Positions 46,328-56,961 of a DNA stretch of 64,000 nucleotides are shown here, piece by piece (position 1 is the stretch's first letter; each line of letters starts with the position of its first letter). Made by a program: the position numbers and the translations under genes. The DNA lies in the IMG/VR virus record IMGVR_UViG_3300032092_000011, positions 45,842 through 109,841 of that record. One strand, written 5' to 3'. The notes beneath the pieces are model-generated. The model was not told where the DNA came from. It ran no database searches and was given only the letters and a program-made list of their open reading frames with translations. Source of the stretch: a virus.

Positions 46328-48081
46328 TAGTTAGCGAATCCTGTTTTTATCAGATAGAACGTTGAAGAACCACCTGCTGTTGGGTTAGTTAAAGTTACAG
46401 TTTGAGTACCTGGATATGTTGCAGACAAATTAGATGTTGATGTGTTTATAATACTCCATTCGGTATTTGTAAATAATCTATATGACGGTACTGTAAACGC
46501 GTTTCCATTAATTCTTTTATAGATTAAATAAACATCAGATATTGTTAAATTAGAATTTCCATTGGTATTCATTCTATAATAATCTTTAGCATTAAATGTT
46601 TGTGATAATACCTTTTGATTAAATATTGCTGCGTCAGCTGTGCTAGGTGCTGAAAAAGTTAAACCATCAATAGTTACTTGAAAATCATAACTAGCAATAT
46701 CTAATGAAGTTGAAATTGTAAATACTCCAGAACTATTAGTATTATATGTTTGTAATAACGTATATGTTGATCCTGCTTTTGTTTTATAATATAACTTAAC
46801 AGTGATATTTTGAACACCAATTCCTTCAGAATTATAAATAGTTCCTGAATAAGTAAATGGGGTTGGATAATTTACAGTTGCAACAACTGGGGTTCTTGTT
46901 GAACTAACACATCCAGTTGATGAATTTCTAGCTTGTACGTAATAAGTTGTAGTTGCTGAAATACTGGGTGTTGTAAATGATAGCGTTCCAGATCCACCAG
47001 ATAAAACGTTACCTCCAGTTGCATTAGCATACCAATCTGCAGTAATTCCAGTTCCAGTGGTTGCTGATAATGATACTGTTCCAGCAAGAGTTCTACTTCC
47101 ATCAACTCCAGTCGGCGCAGATGGTGAAGTTGCAGGACTACATGCAATTTGATGAGTAACAAAACCTGTATAAAATTGAGTAAATGTTTGATTTGCTGGA
47201 TCTGTCCATGTACCAAACTCAACTACATATCCACCGACACTTGAAAAATTACCATCACGTAAATCATTCCAGTTGCTATTTCCGTTCCATTTAGTTACAG
47301 CATGGTCTTCTCCAATTGAACCATCTGAATTATTAGGTTCTCCACCAGCCCATGCTGAATATCGACCGGGTGCTGTTGTTCCAGTGGATCCGTATGACCA
47401 TGTTGTTGCATTAGTAACAGAAGTAGATGCAGTCCAAATAACAGTTCCAGTTTCTGGTCCAGCATCAATTCTCCAAGATCCTTCTTGAGTTGCATCAGAT
47501 AAAGCTATCCAAATATTACTTACAGGTACATTTGCAAAGATAAAATTCTGTTCATCAGCATCCATGATATTTGCTAAATATCCAGTTTGACCTTTAAATG
47601 TTTGGGCAGCAGCTGCACTTTTTGCAGAAGAATAAGATACTGCACCGGTGATTGGTCGATAAAAGTGACCATTTGATGGTAAGTAAAAATATCCAGTTGG
47701 ATTTTCGGTTGCAGTTACTGCAATATAAAGATTTCCTGGAACTGAACCAGTATTTACTCTTAATGAAGCTAATACAGTATTAATATTTGATTGGGTACCA
47801 GTAAAACTAATTCTAGTAAAATTAGATGTTATGTTATAACCAGTACTTGCTGATACACCAGAAGTAGTATTAAATCGCAAAGTTGTTCCAGCTGGAGGAT
47901 TTACTAATCCAACAGTAACTAATAAAGTTGTAGTTGAATTAAATCCAGAAACAGAAAAGCCAGAAGCGCTTTGATTTGAAGTACTTTGATTGTATGAAGT
48001 TGCTGACGGACTTGTAACACTTTGTGTAAATCCATCTAATGTTAATAAAACACATGTTAGAAATATTAATAATCTTTTCAT
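46327..48081 (-). CDS. secreted adhesin: C-type-lectin-like, Ig-like and dockerin-like domains
   Basis: WAGGEPNN...WNDL...GYVVEF lectin motif; TTTYYV...CVSSTRTPV Ig motif; NTNGNSNLTISD dockerin-like loop. Confidence 0.7.
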   Translation of the reverse strand: MKRLLIFLTCVLLTLDGFTQSVTSPSATSYNQSTSNQSASGFSVSGFNSTTTLLVTVGLVNPPAGTTLRFNTTSGVSASTGYNITSNFTRISFTGTQSNINTVLASLRVNTGSVPGNLYIAVTATENPTGYFYLPSNGHFYRPITGAVSYSSAKSAAAAQTFKGQTGYLANIMDADEQNFIFANVPVSNIWIALSDATQEGSWRIDAGPETGTVIWTASTSVTNATTWSYGSTGTTAPGRYSAWAGGEPNNSDGSIGEDHAVTKWNGNSNWNDLRDGNFSSVGGYVVEFGTWTDPANQTFTQFYTGFVTHQIACSPATSPSAPTGVDGSRTLAGTVSLSATTGTGITADWYANATGGNVLSGGSGTLSFTTPSISATTTYYVQARNSSTGCVSSTRTPVVATVNYPTPFTYSGTIYNSEGIGVQNITVKLYYKTKAGSTYTLLQTYNTNSSGVFTISTSLDIASYDFQVTIDGLTFSAPSTADAAIFNQKVLSQTFNAKDYYRMNTNGNSNLTISDVYLIYKRINGNAFTVPSYRLFTNTEWSIINTSTSNLSATYPGTQTVTLTNPTAGGSSTFYLIKTGFAN

Positions 48082-49664
48082 TACAATAACATTCTAGTTC
48101 CCATCATCACTGTATAATTTAGGGCAGCATCTTTAATAGCCCAAGCTCCACCAACATTAATATTTATTTTAAATCTTTTTGTGATACCGACATTAGTTCC
48201 AATGATAGGTAAAACTACATGAGGTGATTTTAATAATATATCGTTATAATAACTAACATATGGGGCGTAAACATAGAGTAACATTGTTTTAACTGCGATT
48301 CTCTTATTTACATTCCAATCATGCATTCCTCCGGCAATTACGGCAGTTCCAATAAAAGGTTCTCCATAAACTTGACCAGAAGAAGCTGTTAACATATAAA
48401 CAAGCTTCATATTTTTAGGCTTATTAAGCGTCCACATCTGTCCTAACGCTAATGTTCCATAAAGAGTTGGCTTAGCTTCAAATCCAATTGTTACTGAAGT
48501 TGAAATTAGGTCAATTCTTTTTGGTTTCATAAATGCATAGAATCCTGTAATATTTGGACCTCTAAGTGCAGAAGTGTAATCAGCATTTATACCCCAACTT
48601 CTTCTACCATCCCATCTCATTGATGTTAAACCACCTGTAACTTTACCACCGTAAGTAACATCAGAATTCTTAAAGTTGAACCCAACAAAATCACTACTTG
48701 CTAAAATTGAAGGTCTATTTCCATTTTTTGCGCCAGCTCCCGCTGCTTTATTATTTCCACCAGAACTTCCACTACCATCTCCAGAAGAAGATCCAATTGA
48801 ATTTACTGAGCTTCCAACTAAGTTTGTTTTCCCTTCGCTTTCTGATCCAGTTGTTCCTGTTTCTTGAGAATTTCCTTGGCCCGAACCATTGCCTGTTCCA
48901 GTTCCATTCCCGCCTGAACCAGTATTGCCGCTATTCTGACCTGATCCGTTGTTGGTTGTTGATCCTGTAGTTCCTGAGCCTTGCGAACCAGATCCGGTTG
49001 AACTCGAACCTTGCGAACTTGTGCCGGTTGAACTTGATCCTGTGGTTCCTGAACTTTGCGAACTTGTGCCGGTTGAACTTGATCCGCCCTGTGTGCCATT
49101 TTGGTTTCCCTGTCCATTATTAGATCCAGTGCTACTTGAGTTATTGCCAGTCCCGCTACCATTGCTAGAACCACTAGACACATTATTGTTACTATTGTTT
49201 CCATTTGATTGGTTATTTTTATTACCACCTTTAGATCCAGAACTAGAATTTCCACCGGTAGAAGTTTGCATACTACCAACACTTCCACCCAGCATATTAC
49301 TAGTTCCAGTTGCCATATCTGCTAATGATGATAATGAGTTAACAATACCTAAAAAATTAATAGCAGAACTTTGAGCAACTGTTACAGCAGCTGGCATACC
49401 AACAACGCTAGCACATGGATTATTATTACCAAACGATGAAAAAACACCTTGCGCCCAAGACTCGAACGTTCCACTGTAAAAGTCTCCTGGCGCAAATGTT
49501 CTAATTTGTCCGTAATATGTTACAGTAACTCCATTAGAAGGTACCGATATTGTTTTTATTGCTCCAGTACATGGATCAGTGTATGAATATGAAATTGTCT
49601 GTCCATAAGATACTCCTGAAAATAACAAGAAAAACAAGAAGATGATAAGATTTTTAACATACAT
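48081..49664 (-). CDS. secreted protein with Gly/Ser/Asn-rich linker and putative C-terminal beta-barrel
   Basis: Signal peptide, low-complexity middle, amphipathic beta strands at the C-terminus. Confidence 0.6.
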   Translation of the reverse strand: MYVKNLIIFLFFLLFSGVSYGQTISYSYTDPCTGAIKTISVPSNGVTVTYYGQIRTFAPGDFYSGTFESWAQGVFSSFGNNNPCASVVGMPAAVTVAQSSAINFLGIVNSLSSLADMATGTSNMLGGSVGSMQTSTGGNSSSGSKGGNKNNQSNGNNSNNNVSSGSSNGSGTGNNSSSTGSNNGQGNQNGTQGGSSSTGTSSQSSGTTGSSSTGTSSQGSSSTGSGSQGSGTTGSTTNNGSGQNSGNTGSGGNGTGTGNGSGQGNSQETGTTGSESEGKTNLVGSSVNSIGSSSGDGSGSSGGNNKAAGAGAKNGNRPSILASSDFVGFNFKNSDVTYGGKVTGGLTSMRWDGRRSWGINADYTSALRGPNITGFYAFMKPKRIDLISTSVTIGFEAKPTLYGTLALGQMWTLNKPKNMKLVYMLTASSGQVYGEPFIGTAVIAGGMHDWNVNKRIAVKTMLLYVYAPYVSYYNDILLKSPHVVLPIIGTNVGITKRFKININVGGAWAIKDAALNYTVMMGTRMLL

Positions 49665-49665
49665 T

Positions 49666-50433
49666 TTATGATTTAAAGATTCCTTTTTTAATCATACGAC
49701 TTACAATTCTTGCTGCGGCTGTTTCTAGTGACTTCTTAGTTGTAATACCAATATGAGATTGATTGAATTTAATTTCACTATCGTCAATTCCATCTAGAAT
49801 TGAAACAGTTTTAACCGTTTTAGCCTCTCCTAATCCAGATCCGACTAAAACTTCTCCAGTCTCAGCATCAACAAAGCGAACTTGAAGACCTAAACGCGTA
49901 ATTTGTGTTGTTTGAGATTGTCCATTAATTTTTACAACCTCATCATCAGATACTGAAAAGTCATATACCTCAATATAAACAAAGTATTTAGCAAGTTTAA
50001 TTTTACCCTTGCCATCCATTGTATTTTCAGTAAATCCTTTTGCTGATGCTTTAAATTGGTTAATCATTCTTTCTTTGATTTCCAATTTATCTTCAGTAAA
50101 TACGAATCGGTTTGTATATTCTAAATATTCTAATACAATATTAGTTACACCAAGACCAACTCTTTTGTCCTTTAATTCAGGGTACATTTCATATAGTTCT
50201 TCGCTGATTCCAATTTTTAAGATTTGAATTGGAATCTTAATAGTGTCTTTATATTCAGGTACCGAATCAATTGACATTTTCTTTTCAAAGTCAGCTTGGT
50301 ACTGCTCAGACTTGATAGTTCCGATCTGAGCAGTTGCCATAGCTACATTGAAAATTAAACAAATTAAAAGTGCTAATTTTTTCATTTTAAACATCTGTTG
50401 TATTTGATAGAGAAACTCCATCTTCTTCATCAA
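49666..50433 (-). CDS. CsgG/HfaB-like protein
   Basis: LEYTNRFVFTEDK, LQVRFVDAETGEVLVGSG pattern; likely start at MKKLALL. Confidence 0.6.
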   Translation of the reverse strand: MMKKMEFLYQIQQMFKMKKLALLICLIFNVAMATAQIGTIKSEQYQADFEKKMSIDSVPEYKDTIKIPIQILKIGISEELYEMYPELKDKRVGLGVTNIVLEYLEYTNRFVFTEDKLEIKERMINQFKASAKGFTENTMDGKGKIKLAKYFVYIEVYDFSVSDDEVVKINGQSQTTQITRLGLQVRFVDAETGEVLVGSGLGEAKTVKTVSILDGIDDSEIKFNQSHIGITTKKSLETAAARIVSRMIKKGIFKS

Positions 50434-50749
50434 CTTTTTGAATTAACATTTTGTCTCTGTCTTCTGAATTGAACCAATAATCTACAACTTTATTAAGATT
50501 ACCAACAAAGGCTCCTAATAAGATTAATAACATTTCTTTCCAATCTTCACCGACAGTTAATCCAAACATAATTCCTGCATTAATTCCTAATATGATAAAG
50601 AAAAATAAGAATAATACTATTCCTGTAATTTTCCAACGATTAGATTGCATTTGTTGTAACATAAAATAGAATCGATTTTTATCTTCTACTTTTATGTAAT
50701 CTTCTTTACCAAATCCTAACATTTTCTTAATTGACATAAAGATATTCAT
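50387..50749 (-). CDS. two-TM membrane protein
   Basis: ITGIVLFLFFFIILG and MLLILLGAFVG...VVDYWF. Confidence 0.6.
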   Translation of the reverse strand: MNIFMSIKKMLGFGKEDYIKVEDKNRFYFMLQQMQSNRWKITGIVLFLFFFIILGINAGIMFGLTVGEDWKEMLLILLGAFVGNLNKVVDYWFNSEDRDKMLIQKVDEEDGVSLSNTTDV

Positions 50750-50756
50750 TTATTTT

Positions 50757-51098
50757 TTACCAAGGAGCGTCTTCAGTTTCGCTCTTTTTCTCTTTTTTCT
50801 TCTCTTCTTTCTTTTCAGTTGCTGGTTTTTCAACAACTCTTTCACGAATGATCGTGTTAGTTCCACCACCATTTGATGAATTATTTTGAGATGAGTTATC
50901 AACATTTAAGTTAATAACAGGTTGCGCTGGAGCAGCTTGTTCAGTTTTGGTTTCTTCCTTATCGTCACCACCATTGAAAAGTGTAGTAGTAACCCAAGTA
51001 CCGCCAGCTAAAACTGCTGTTGAAAGAGTACCGATTAAGGTTTTCTTTAAACCTGACCAAGTACCATCATTAGTCTCTACGTTTTGTTCGTCTGACAT
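50757..51098 (-). CDS. membrane-anchored low-complexity protein
   Basis: TLIGTLSTAVLAGGTWV helix. Confidence 0.55.
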   Translation of the reverse strand: MSDEQNVETNDGTWSGLKKTLIGTLSTAVLAGGTWVTTTLFNGGDDKEETKTEQAAPAQPVINLNVDNSSQNNSSNGGGTNTIIRERVVEKPATEKKEEKKKEKKSETEDAPW

Positions 51099-51119
51099 AG
51101 TAATTAATATTTGTTTTGT

Positions 51120-53051
51120 TTAGTTTTTAATAATTCTAACCGATCCCTTTTGACCAGTTGCTTGTAAAGTTCCAAAATATAAGCCTTGCGCGACATGATT
51201 GATATTAAAATCATAATTATAAACTCCAGCAGGCATATCTTTATCAAAAATAACATGTATTGGTCGACCATTCATATCATATACTTCTAATCTAACTCGA
51301 CCTGTATTTTTAACTTCGAATTTAATATTTGCGTAACCAGTGGTTGGATTTGGATAAACCATCATTTTAGTTTCTTCTTCAGTTACACCAATTGTACTTG
51401 GCGCTGACATTTTAAATACAACTAAAATACCATTAGTTGGAGAAACTGATAAATCTTTAGAATTTACATCTCCTGAAAACTTTCTAGTAGTTGCAAGAGG
51501 TGACTGACCCCATTGATTTTGTGGTCTTTTTGCAATAAATCTTAGTTTAAAAACTTCATATCCGTCAGGAATCATATAATCTTTATTTACAGATGGGTCA
51601 TAACCTGCCCATTCAATCATATCGTCCATTGGATTAAGAGAAGACATCCAAAACATTGCTTTTGGCGAGTTTTTAATATCTTTAAATTCTAATAAACTAT
51701 CATTATAAATTAAACCTAATTGAAGTGAAGATACTTCTAAACCATTAGTATTAACAACTACTGGAAGTTCAACTAAGTTGCCTTCAGTAACTGTTAGGTG
51801 TGGTAGGTTCACTTCAATATTGTTAGTTGGAAAATCATATTCAACCTTCATGTCAATCACATTTTCAATAGCGGCTGGTGTGCCGGGTTGAGGATTTGTG
51901 GTAACTTCAATTGGCGTTAAACGCGCCATGTTATAACCAGTACCGTTCGCATCACCAGGAACTAGAACATAGAATTGAACTGAATCAGGTTGACCTGGTA
52001 AAATATTATAATAGAAATTAGTTACACCAGGAATAGATGAAGTATAGTTAGTTGCAGGTGTACCAGTGATAGTATTCTTTTCAGATACTGTAAAGAATTT
52101 AACATCTTTTACACCATTGGGCCAAGCTGAAAATCTTCCGGCAATTCTACCAAATACACCATAAGCATCGGTGATTGAGATATTATTAGATCCATTAACA
52201 TCGCCAGTGTAGAAATCCCACGCTGATGGAGTTGCAGATCCTAGTACCCATTGATTAATTAATTGAGCATCTGCTGTTGAAATTACGTTGCCAACAGTCA
52301 TTGTATCACCTTTAATTGCTAAACGAACATCATAGTATGTTGTATCAATTAATTCAGTAAATGCAAAATCGCCATTTAAATCAGTAGTGTAAGATGCATG
52401 TTGAGACCAAGTTGATCCAGTTTTAACTTTCTTTTCTAATGCCAATGTTAGGTTTTTAGCACCAGTTCCAGTTACGTTTGTAAATGTACCATGGAAATTA
52501 AGTTCTGGCTTTTCCCATACACCACCATAACTATGTAAAGTTAAAGTTGTGTCCATACCATCTTGAGTAGCTGCAACTTGAGAATACGTTGCAGAACCAG
52601 TCCATGTTAAATCAGAAATTGCAGAAAGAGCATAGAAAGAAGATGCAGTAACGTGTGTGAATGTCATTTCAAATCTTTCTCCATCTGGAATTTCATACGT
52701 AGATGACGAACCTGTATAAACAACGGTAGCGGTAAGATAACCGCCAGCATTATTGTCAACAAATTGTAAGTTTAAGTTTGATGTAGAACCTAATAGAGCA
52801 ATAGAAGCTGCTGAAAAGGCATTTTTATCATAAAAAATTCTAAACTGATAACCAGTTATTAGAGTTGAAGTGGTGTTTTGAACTGTTAATTTGGCTTTTG
52901 ATTGAGCCTGAATACTAGTACCGACTTGGTATGTTGTATCGATAATAACATAGATTCCATTACCTGGTGCCGGAGGTCCTGTTTGAGAGAAACCAACGAA
53001 TGGAGTAATGAAAGCTAATAGAATGAGTAGATTCTTTAAAAAGTTTTTCAT
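51120..53051 (-). CDS. secreted cohesin/dockerin-like protein with T9SS C-terminal sorting domain
   Basis: GYQFRIFYD and SLQLGLIYN cohesin-like strands, GDVNGSNNISITDA dockerin-like loop, VYPNPT...VYDMNGR...GLYF...IIK CTD. Confidence 0.75.
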   Translation of the reverse strand: MKNFLKNLLILLAFITPFVGFSQTGPPAPGNGIYVIIDTTYQVGTSIQAQSKAKLTVQNTTSTLITGYQFRIFYDKNAFSAASIALLGSTSNLNLQFVDNNAGGYLTATVVYTGSSSTYEIPDGERFEMTFTHVTASSFYALSAISDLTWTGSATYSQVAATQDGMDTTLTLHSYGGVWEKPELNFHGTFTNVTGTGAKNLTLALEKKVKTGSTWSQHASYTTDLNGDFAFTELIDTTYYDVRLAIKGDTMTVGNVISTADAQLINQWVLGSATPSAWDFYTGDVNGSNNISITDAYGVFGRIAGRFSAWPNGVKDVKFFTVSEKNTITGTPATNYTSSIPGVTNFYYNILPGQPDSVQFYVLVPGDANGTGYNMARLTPIEVTTNPQPGTPAAIENVIDMKVEYDFPTNNIEVNLPHLTVTEGNLVELPVVVNTNGLEVSSLQLGLIYNDSLLEFKDIKNSPKAMFWMSSLNPMDDMIEWAGYDPSVNKDYMIPDGYEVFKLRFIAKRPQNQWGQSPLATTRKFSGDVNSKDLSVSPTNGILVVFKMSAPSTIGVTEEETKMMVYPNPTTGYANIKFEVKNTGRVRLEVYDMNGRPIHVIFDKDMPAGVYNYDFNINHVAQGLYFGTLQATGQKGSVRIIKN

Positions 53052-53064
53052 TTTTTATTTTAGA

Positions 53065-53886
53065 TTATTTTAAAAGGTTGTAGTATTCTTTGAAATGCTT
53101 AATACGATCAGCAAGACCAATTGTACCACCGTTTACTCTTTTAGTTACTGCAGTAACTGTAGCATCATCAGCACCTCTATCACAAATAGACCATAATCCA
53201 TTTGAATTAAAGAAGAATGCAGCAGAAGCTAAAGGATATTTAGTTGCAACTAAATCAGGATTTGCAATAGTATCTTCACCAATAAATTTAGCAAAGTTTG
53301 TGTAGTTTGATTTACCAGTTAATTGGATATAACCTCTACCACGGAATTTAAATCCTTCTTTTGATGCCTCATCTCCATTACCCATTCTAGATGCGTAAAC
53401 CTTTGATGCAATTTTTTCAGGGTTTCTAGCATATCCAGCTGCTGTAGTTGCATTGAAATACTTTCCAAAGATTTTTACTAATCCATCAGCTGAATAATTA
53501 AGATTTTCTGAAACTGCCTTGAAGCCGCCACTTTCATGTCCACATTGTGCTAGAAAATGAGCAAGTCTTAATGTATTTGTAATTCCAAACTTAGCAGCAG
53601 TATCTGGAATTTGTGCAATAACGGCGTCAGGAATATGTCCTTTTAAAGCCTCTAACTTAAATTGAGAAGCTGGAATTGAAACTGGAGCTGCGGTCGATGC
53701 AGAAGATCCGAACATCTTTCCCCAAGTTCCATCACCAACAATACCATCTGGTGTTAAACCATTTTTTGATTGCCAAGCCTTTACAGCTTCAGTAGTTTTT
53801 GGTCCAAATGAACCATCGGCCGGAAGGCCTAATTTTTCTTGTAATTTTTTAACGTCTTCACCTGAAGACCCTACTTTTAGTAACAT
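53065..53886 (-). CDS. endolysin: peptidoglycan-binding domain plus GH19
   Basis: DGSFGPKT/DGIVG PG-binding; FLAQCGHES, FRGRGYIQLTG, VNGGTIGLADR. Confidence 0.92.
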   Translation of the reverse strand: MLLKVGSSGEDVKKLQEKLGLPADGSFGPKTTEAVKAWQSKNGLTPDGIVGDGTWGKMFGSSASTAAPVSIPASQFKLEALKGHIPDAVIAQIPDTAAKFGITNTLRLAHFLAQCGHESGGFKAVSENLNYSADGLVKIFGKYFNATTAAGYARNPEKIASKVYASRMGNGDEASKEGFKFRGRGYIQLTGKSNYTNFAKFIGEDTIANPDLVATKYPLASAAFFFNSNGLWSICDRGADDATVTAVTKRVNGGTIGLADRIKHFKEYYNLLK

Positions 53887-53906
53887 AGTATATTAAATTA
53901 TTTTTC

Positions 53907-54203
53907 TTATTCTGCTGTTTCTTCTGCTATTTCTTGAGAAGTTGCTTTCTTTACATCTTTTTTAGCAGCTGTAAATTTATCAATTGAAGATAAACCTAAG
54001 CAACCAAAAGCTAAAAGAGCAACTGCATCTACAAGGTAAGGAGCAGGAGCAACATCAACAGTTGAAAAACTATTGTGATACATTGTTACACAAAGCGCTA
54101 CAGCACACATAATGCCGACAAAACGTTTTGATGATGGGGTTCCAGACTCGTCTTTGAACAAGCCGCCAACCCATTTTACAGAGTTTTCGATTAATTTTTT
54201 CAT
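53907..54203 (-). CDS. holin-like two-TM protein
   Basis: SSKRF plus two TM helices, directly upstream of the endolysin. Confidence 0.55.
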   Translation of the reverse strand: MKKLIENSVKWVGGLFKDESGTPSSKRFVGIMCAVALCVTMYHNSFSTVDVAPAPYLVDAVALLAFGCLGLSSIDKFTAAKKDVKKATSQEIAEETAE

Positions 54204-54272
54204 GACCTAATTGCGATTTAATTTAAACTGAGTTGGGTTCAGTTTGCTTTATATATCATATTAATATAATAG

Positions 54273-54299
54273 AAAAAGGACTCAATATTGAGTCCTTTT
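54273..54299. terminator. intrinsic terminator
   Basis: AAAAGGACTCAATATTGAGTCCTTTT palindrome. Confidence 0.7.
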
Positions 54300-54321
54300 A
54301 AATATTTAAAGTTAATTAATT

Positions 54322-54939
54322 TTATCTGCAGTTACATTTAAATTTAGTGTAATCTGAGTTTAGTGGTTTAACATTTGGAAAGAAATAACAGTCAATATTA
54401 TTTCCGTACCTAACAGTTTTATAGAATCCGGTTGGAATTGCAGCACCAGATGACAATCTAGTTATTTTATTAAATTCAACTTTGATAGTTACATAGACAT
54501 CGTATCTTTTTGCAAGCTCTCGTTCAGAAATTTCTAGCATTTTCCATGGTCCACGATTTAGGCTTTGTTGTTGAAGTGCTGAATTAGCGTATGAGAAAGT
54601 TGTACGCAGCATTGTTGTGTTGCAGTTAAAAGATGCGGCTGGGGCCATGTGACCTTTATCCCATTCATTTGCAACATAATCAGCATTATCAGAAGTTTTA
54701 AGACCTGGCACCGTATAGAAATCCATACCCGATCTTGATGCAGTTCCAGTTGGACATAAAACTTTATATTCAACTGCTCTAGGCTGTTCTAATACTTCTG
54801 AATAGAGAATCTTAAAATACTCGTTTTGAACTACAACACTGTCTCGAAGAGTTTGTGACCACCCTGTGACAGCTGTCAAGGTGATTAATAGAAATAATAA
54901 TAATTTTTTCATTAGTCTGGTTTTATTTATTAGCTTCAA
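54322..54939 (-). CDS. secreted DNA/RNA non-specific endonuclease
   Basis: WDKGHMAP, TFSYAN, LNRGPW...E, IPTGFYK. Confidence 0.88.
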   Translation of the reverse strand: MKLINKTRLMKKLLLFLLITLTAVTGWSQTLRDSVVVQNEYFKILYSEVLEQPRAVEYKVLCPTGTASRSGMDFYTVPGLKTSDNADYVANEWDKGHMAPAASFNCNTTMLRTTFSYANSALQQQSLNRGPWKMLEISERELAKRYDVYVTIKVEFNKITRLSSGAAIPTGFYKTVRYGNNIDCYFFPNVKPLNSDYTKFKCNCR

Positions 54940-55165
54940 TCAATATAGTAATACCAGCTGCTCCAGCCGATATCATATATTTATTGTATCTATTATCATT
55001 TAACCAGCCATATTTTTTAAACTCAAATATGATAGTATCTTTATCCTCAAACCAGACATGTATCGCATTTGTTGCATAATCTATTGATGGATGTTTCATT
55101 AAACCCAATTTCCAACTTTCTCTATATTCTTCCTTTAATTCGTCGGGTGTTATATGAATAATCAT
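54923..55165 (-). CDS. hypothetical protein
   Basis: 80-aa ORF. Confidence 0.5.
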   Translation of the reverse strand: MIIHITPDELKEEYRESWKLGLMKHPSIDYATNAIHVWFEDKDTIIFEFKKYGWLNDNRYNKYMISAGAAGITILIEANK

Positions 55166-55552
55166 TTACTTTTGATATTTTTCCTTGACTCTTTGGGAAA
55201 TTGGAATTGCAGCTCCGTGGTCATCGATTCTAACAAATTTAATCTTAGTTGATAAAATTACAGTTTGTTCTCCAGAATAGACATTATGTGCTCTTGCCTC
55301 AAGATAGAGAGTTATTGAAGTGTTACCAATTTCAAATACTTCCCCATAAATTTTAAGTAGTTGACCTTCTCTTGCTGGTTTGGTAAAAACACATTCATCG
55401 ATTTTGATTGTAACCATTCTAGGAGTATCGCATACTTCCATTGCAAGAGCAGCTCCAGCCGCATCAATCCATGCCATTAATTTTCCGCCAAAAAGATTAG
55501 CATGAAAACCAAGATCGGCTTTTTTAATTGGGTGTGTTGATATTAATTGCAT
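55166..55552 (-). CDS. acyl-CoA thioesterase (hotdog fold)
   Basis: NLFGGKLMAWID, GNTSI. Confidence 0.85.
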   Translation of the reverse strand: MQLISTHPIKKADLGFHANLFGGKLMAWIDAAGAALAMEVCDTPRMVTIKIDECVFTKPAREGQLLKIYGEVFEIGNTSITLYLEARAHNVYSGEQTVILSTKIKFVRIDDHGAAIPISQRVKEKYQK

Positions 55553-55821
55553 TATTCAGTCTCGTCAGAAATTATATTACCATATTGTTCAGCTGCCTTT
55601 GGATTTCGCTCTAGAAAAATTTGATATGCAACTTCATATCTTCCTAACTCCACTTCAAGTGGAAATATTTCGTAATTTAATGAATCTAATTGATACTGTA
55701 GAGAATCGATCTTTTTCTTATCTGCAATTGATTGTTCTTTTAATTCAGATAGTGAAATACTTTGATATGATAGTATTCCAATGATAAAGACGACAAGAAC
55801 CGCAAGAAATCCATTTTTCAT
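55552..55821 (-). CDS. membrane-anchored coiled-coil protein
   Basis: N-terminal TM helix. Confidence 0.5.
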   Translation of the reverse strand: MKNGFLAVLVVFIIGILSYQSISLSELKEQSIADKKKIDSLQYQLDSLNYEIFPLEVELGRYEVAYQIFLERNPKAAEQYGNIISDETE

Positions 55822-55833
55822 ATAGTATTTATT

Positions 55834-56961
55834 TTAATTACTTAAAGGTGCCTTAATTTCAGGCTGTGATTTATAGTTTACTAATTTAATTGAGTTTCTA
55901 TCAATTTTTTCAAAAGCAGTTATGTACCCTTGAGTTTTTTCGTATTCAAAATCCAAATTAATAGTTGGTAGTTCTAAAGGTTCGCGACTGATTTGTTCTT
56001 TTGCCTGCTCAAGATGATTTAAATACAAATGAGTATCTCCAAGATTTCCAATCAATTCATCAGGAACCATGTTAACTCGCTTAGCCAACATTTCCAATAA
56101 TAGACCATAAGAAGCAATATTAAATGGTAAACCTAAGAATGTATCGACTGATCGTTGATTCCACATTAAAGAGATTGCTCGTTTTGGAACAGGGTATAGT
56201 TTATCAATTTCATCATGGTCAATTTTAGCAGGATGACCAAAATCAAATGGGTCAAATACGCTATATGTTTTTGCTGCTAAATCTAATCTTTCTGATACAT
56301 TTAGCTCTCTTGTATAAACTTGAAATCCATAATGACAGGGTGGAAGTGTCATTTTATCAAGATCTGCAACATTCCAAGCGTTAACCATCAGGCGTCTAGA
56401 ATCTGGATTCCTTTCAAGATCTGCAATAAGTCGAAGTATTTGGTCATACCAAAGAGAACCATGTCCAGTTGAACCATCATTATTTTTATATTGCATCCAA
56501 CCTTGCCATTGTCTCCATTGTTTACCATAAACTGGGCCAAGTTCTCCCCAAACTTTTGAGAATTCTGGCCAATTCTTAATTGCATCAACAAATTCAGCTT
56601 CGGTCATAATACGAATCTTAGACTCTTCAAGATCCTCAACATGAACACTCATATCTGGCTCTTCTAAGTTAGAGGCATACTGTTTATATTTCTTGTAGGC
56701 ATCTCCATTCCAAATATTACAACCATTATCAACAAGATATTTGATATTAGTGTCGCCCTGTAAAAACCAGAGCAGTTCAGTTACCATTGACTTAAATGCC
56801 ATTTTCTTAGTTGTCAAAAGAGGATAACCTTCAGACATTTTATGGCGGATCTGGCGACCAAAAACAGAAATCGTACCAGTTCCAGTACGATCTTTTTTAA
56901 CTATGCCATTTTCAAGAATATCTTTTAATAAATCTTGGTATTGTTTATCAATATTATTCAT
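55834..56961 (-). CDS. thyA: thymidylate synthase
   Basis: DRTGTGT, ELLWF, GPVYGKQWR, LPPCH, QRSVD...GLPFNIASY. Confidence 0.97.
   Translation of the reverse strand: MNNIDKQYQDLLKDILENGIVKKDRTGTGTISVFGRQIRHKMSEGYPLLTTKKMAFKSMVTELLWFLQGDTNIKYLVDNGCNIWNGDAYKKYKQYASNLEEPDMSVHVEDLEESKIRIMTEAEFVDAIKNWPEFSKVWGELGPVYGKQWRQWQGWMQYKNNDGSTGHGSLWYDQILRLIADLERNPDSRRLMVNAWNVADLDKMTLPPCHYGFQVYTRELNVSERLDLAAKTYSVFDPFDFGHPAKIDHDEIDKLYPVPKRAISLMWNQRSVDTFLGLPFNIASYGLLLEMLAKRVNMVPDELIGNLGDTHLYLNHLEQAKEQISREPLELPTINLDFEYEKTQGYITAFEKIDRNSIKLVNYKSQPEIKAPLSN

Noticed and set aside
48676-49374. Plus-strand and alternative-frame ORFs
   Set aside because: Shadows of the Gly/Ser-rich linker of 48081..49664.
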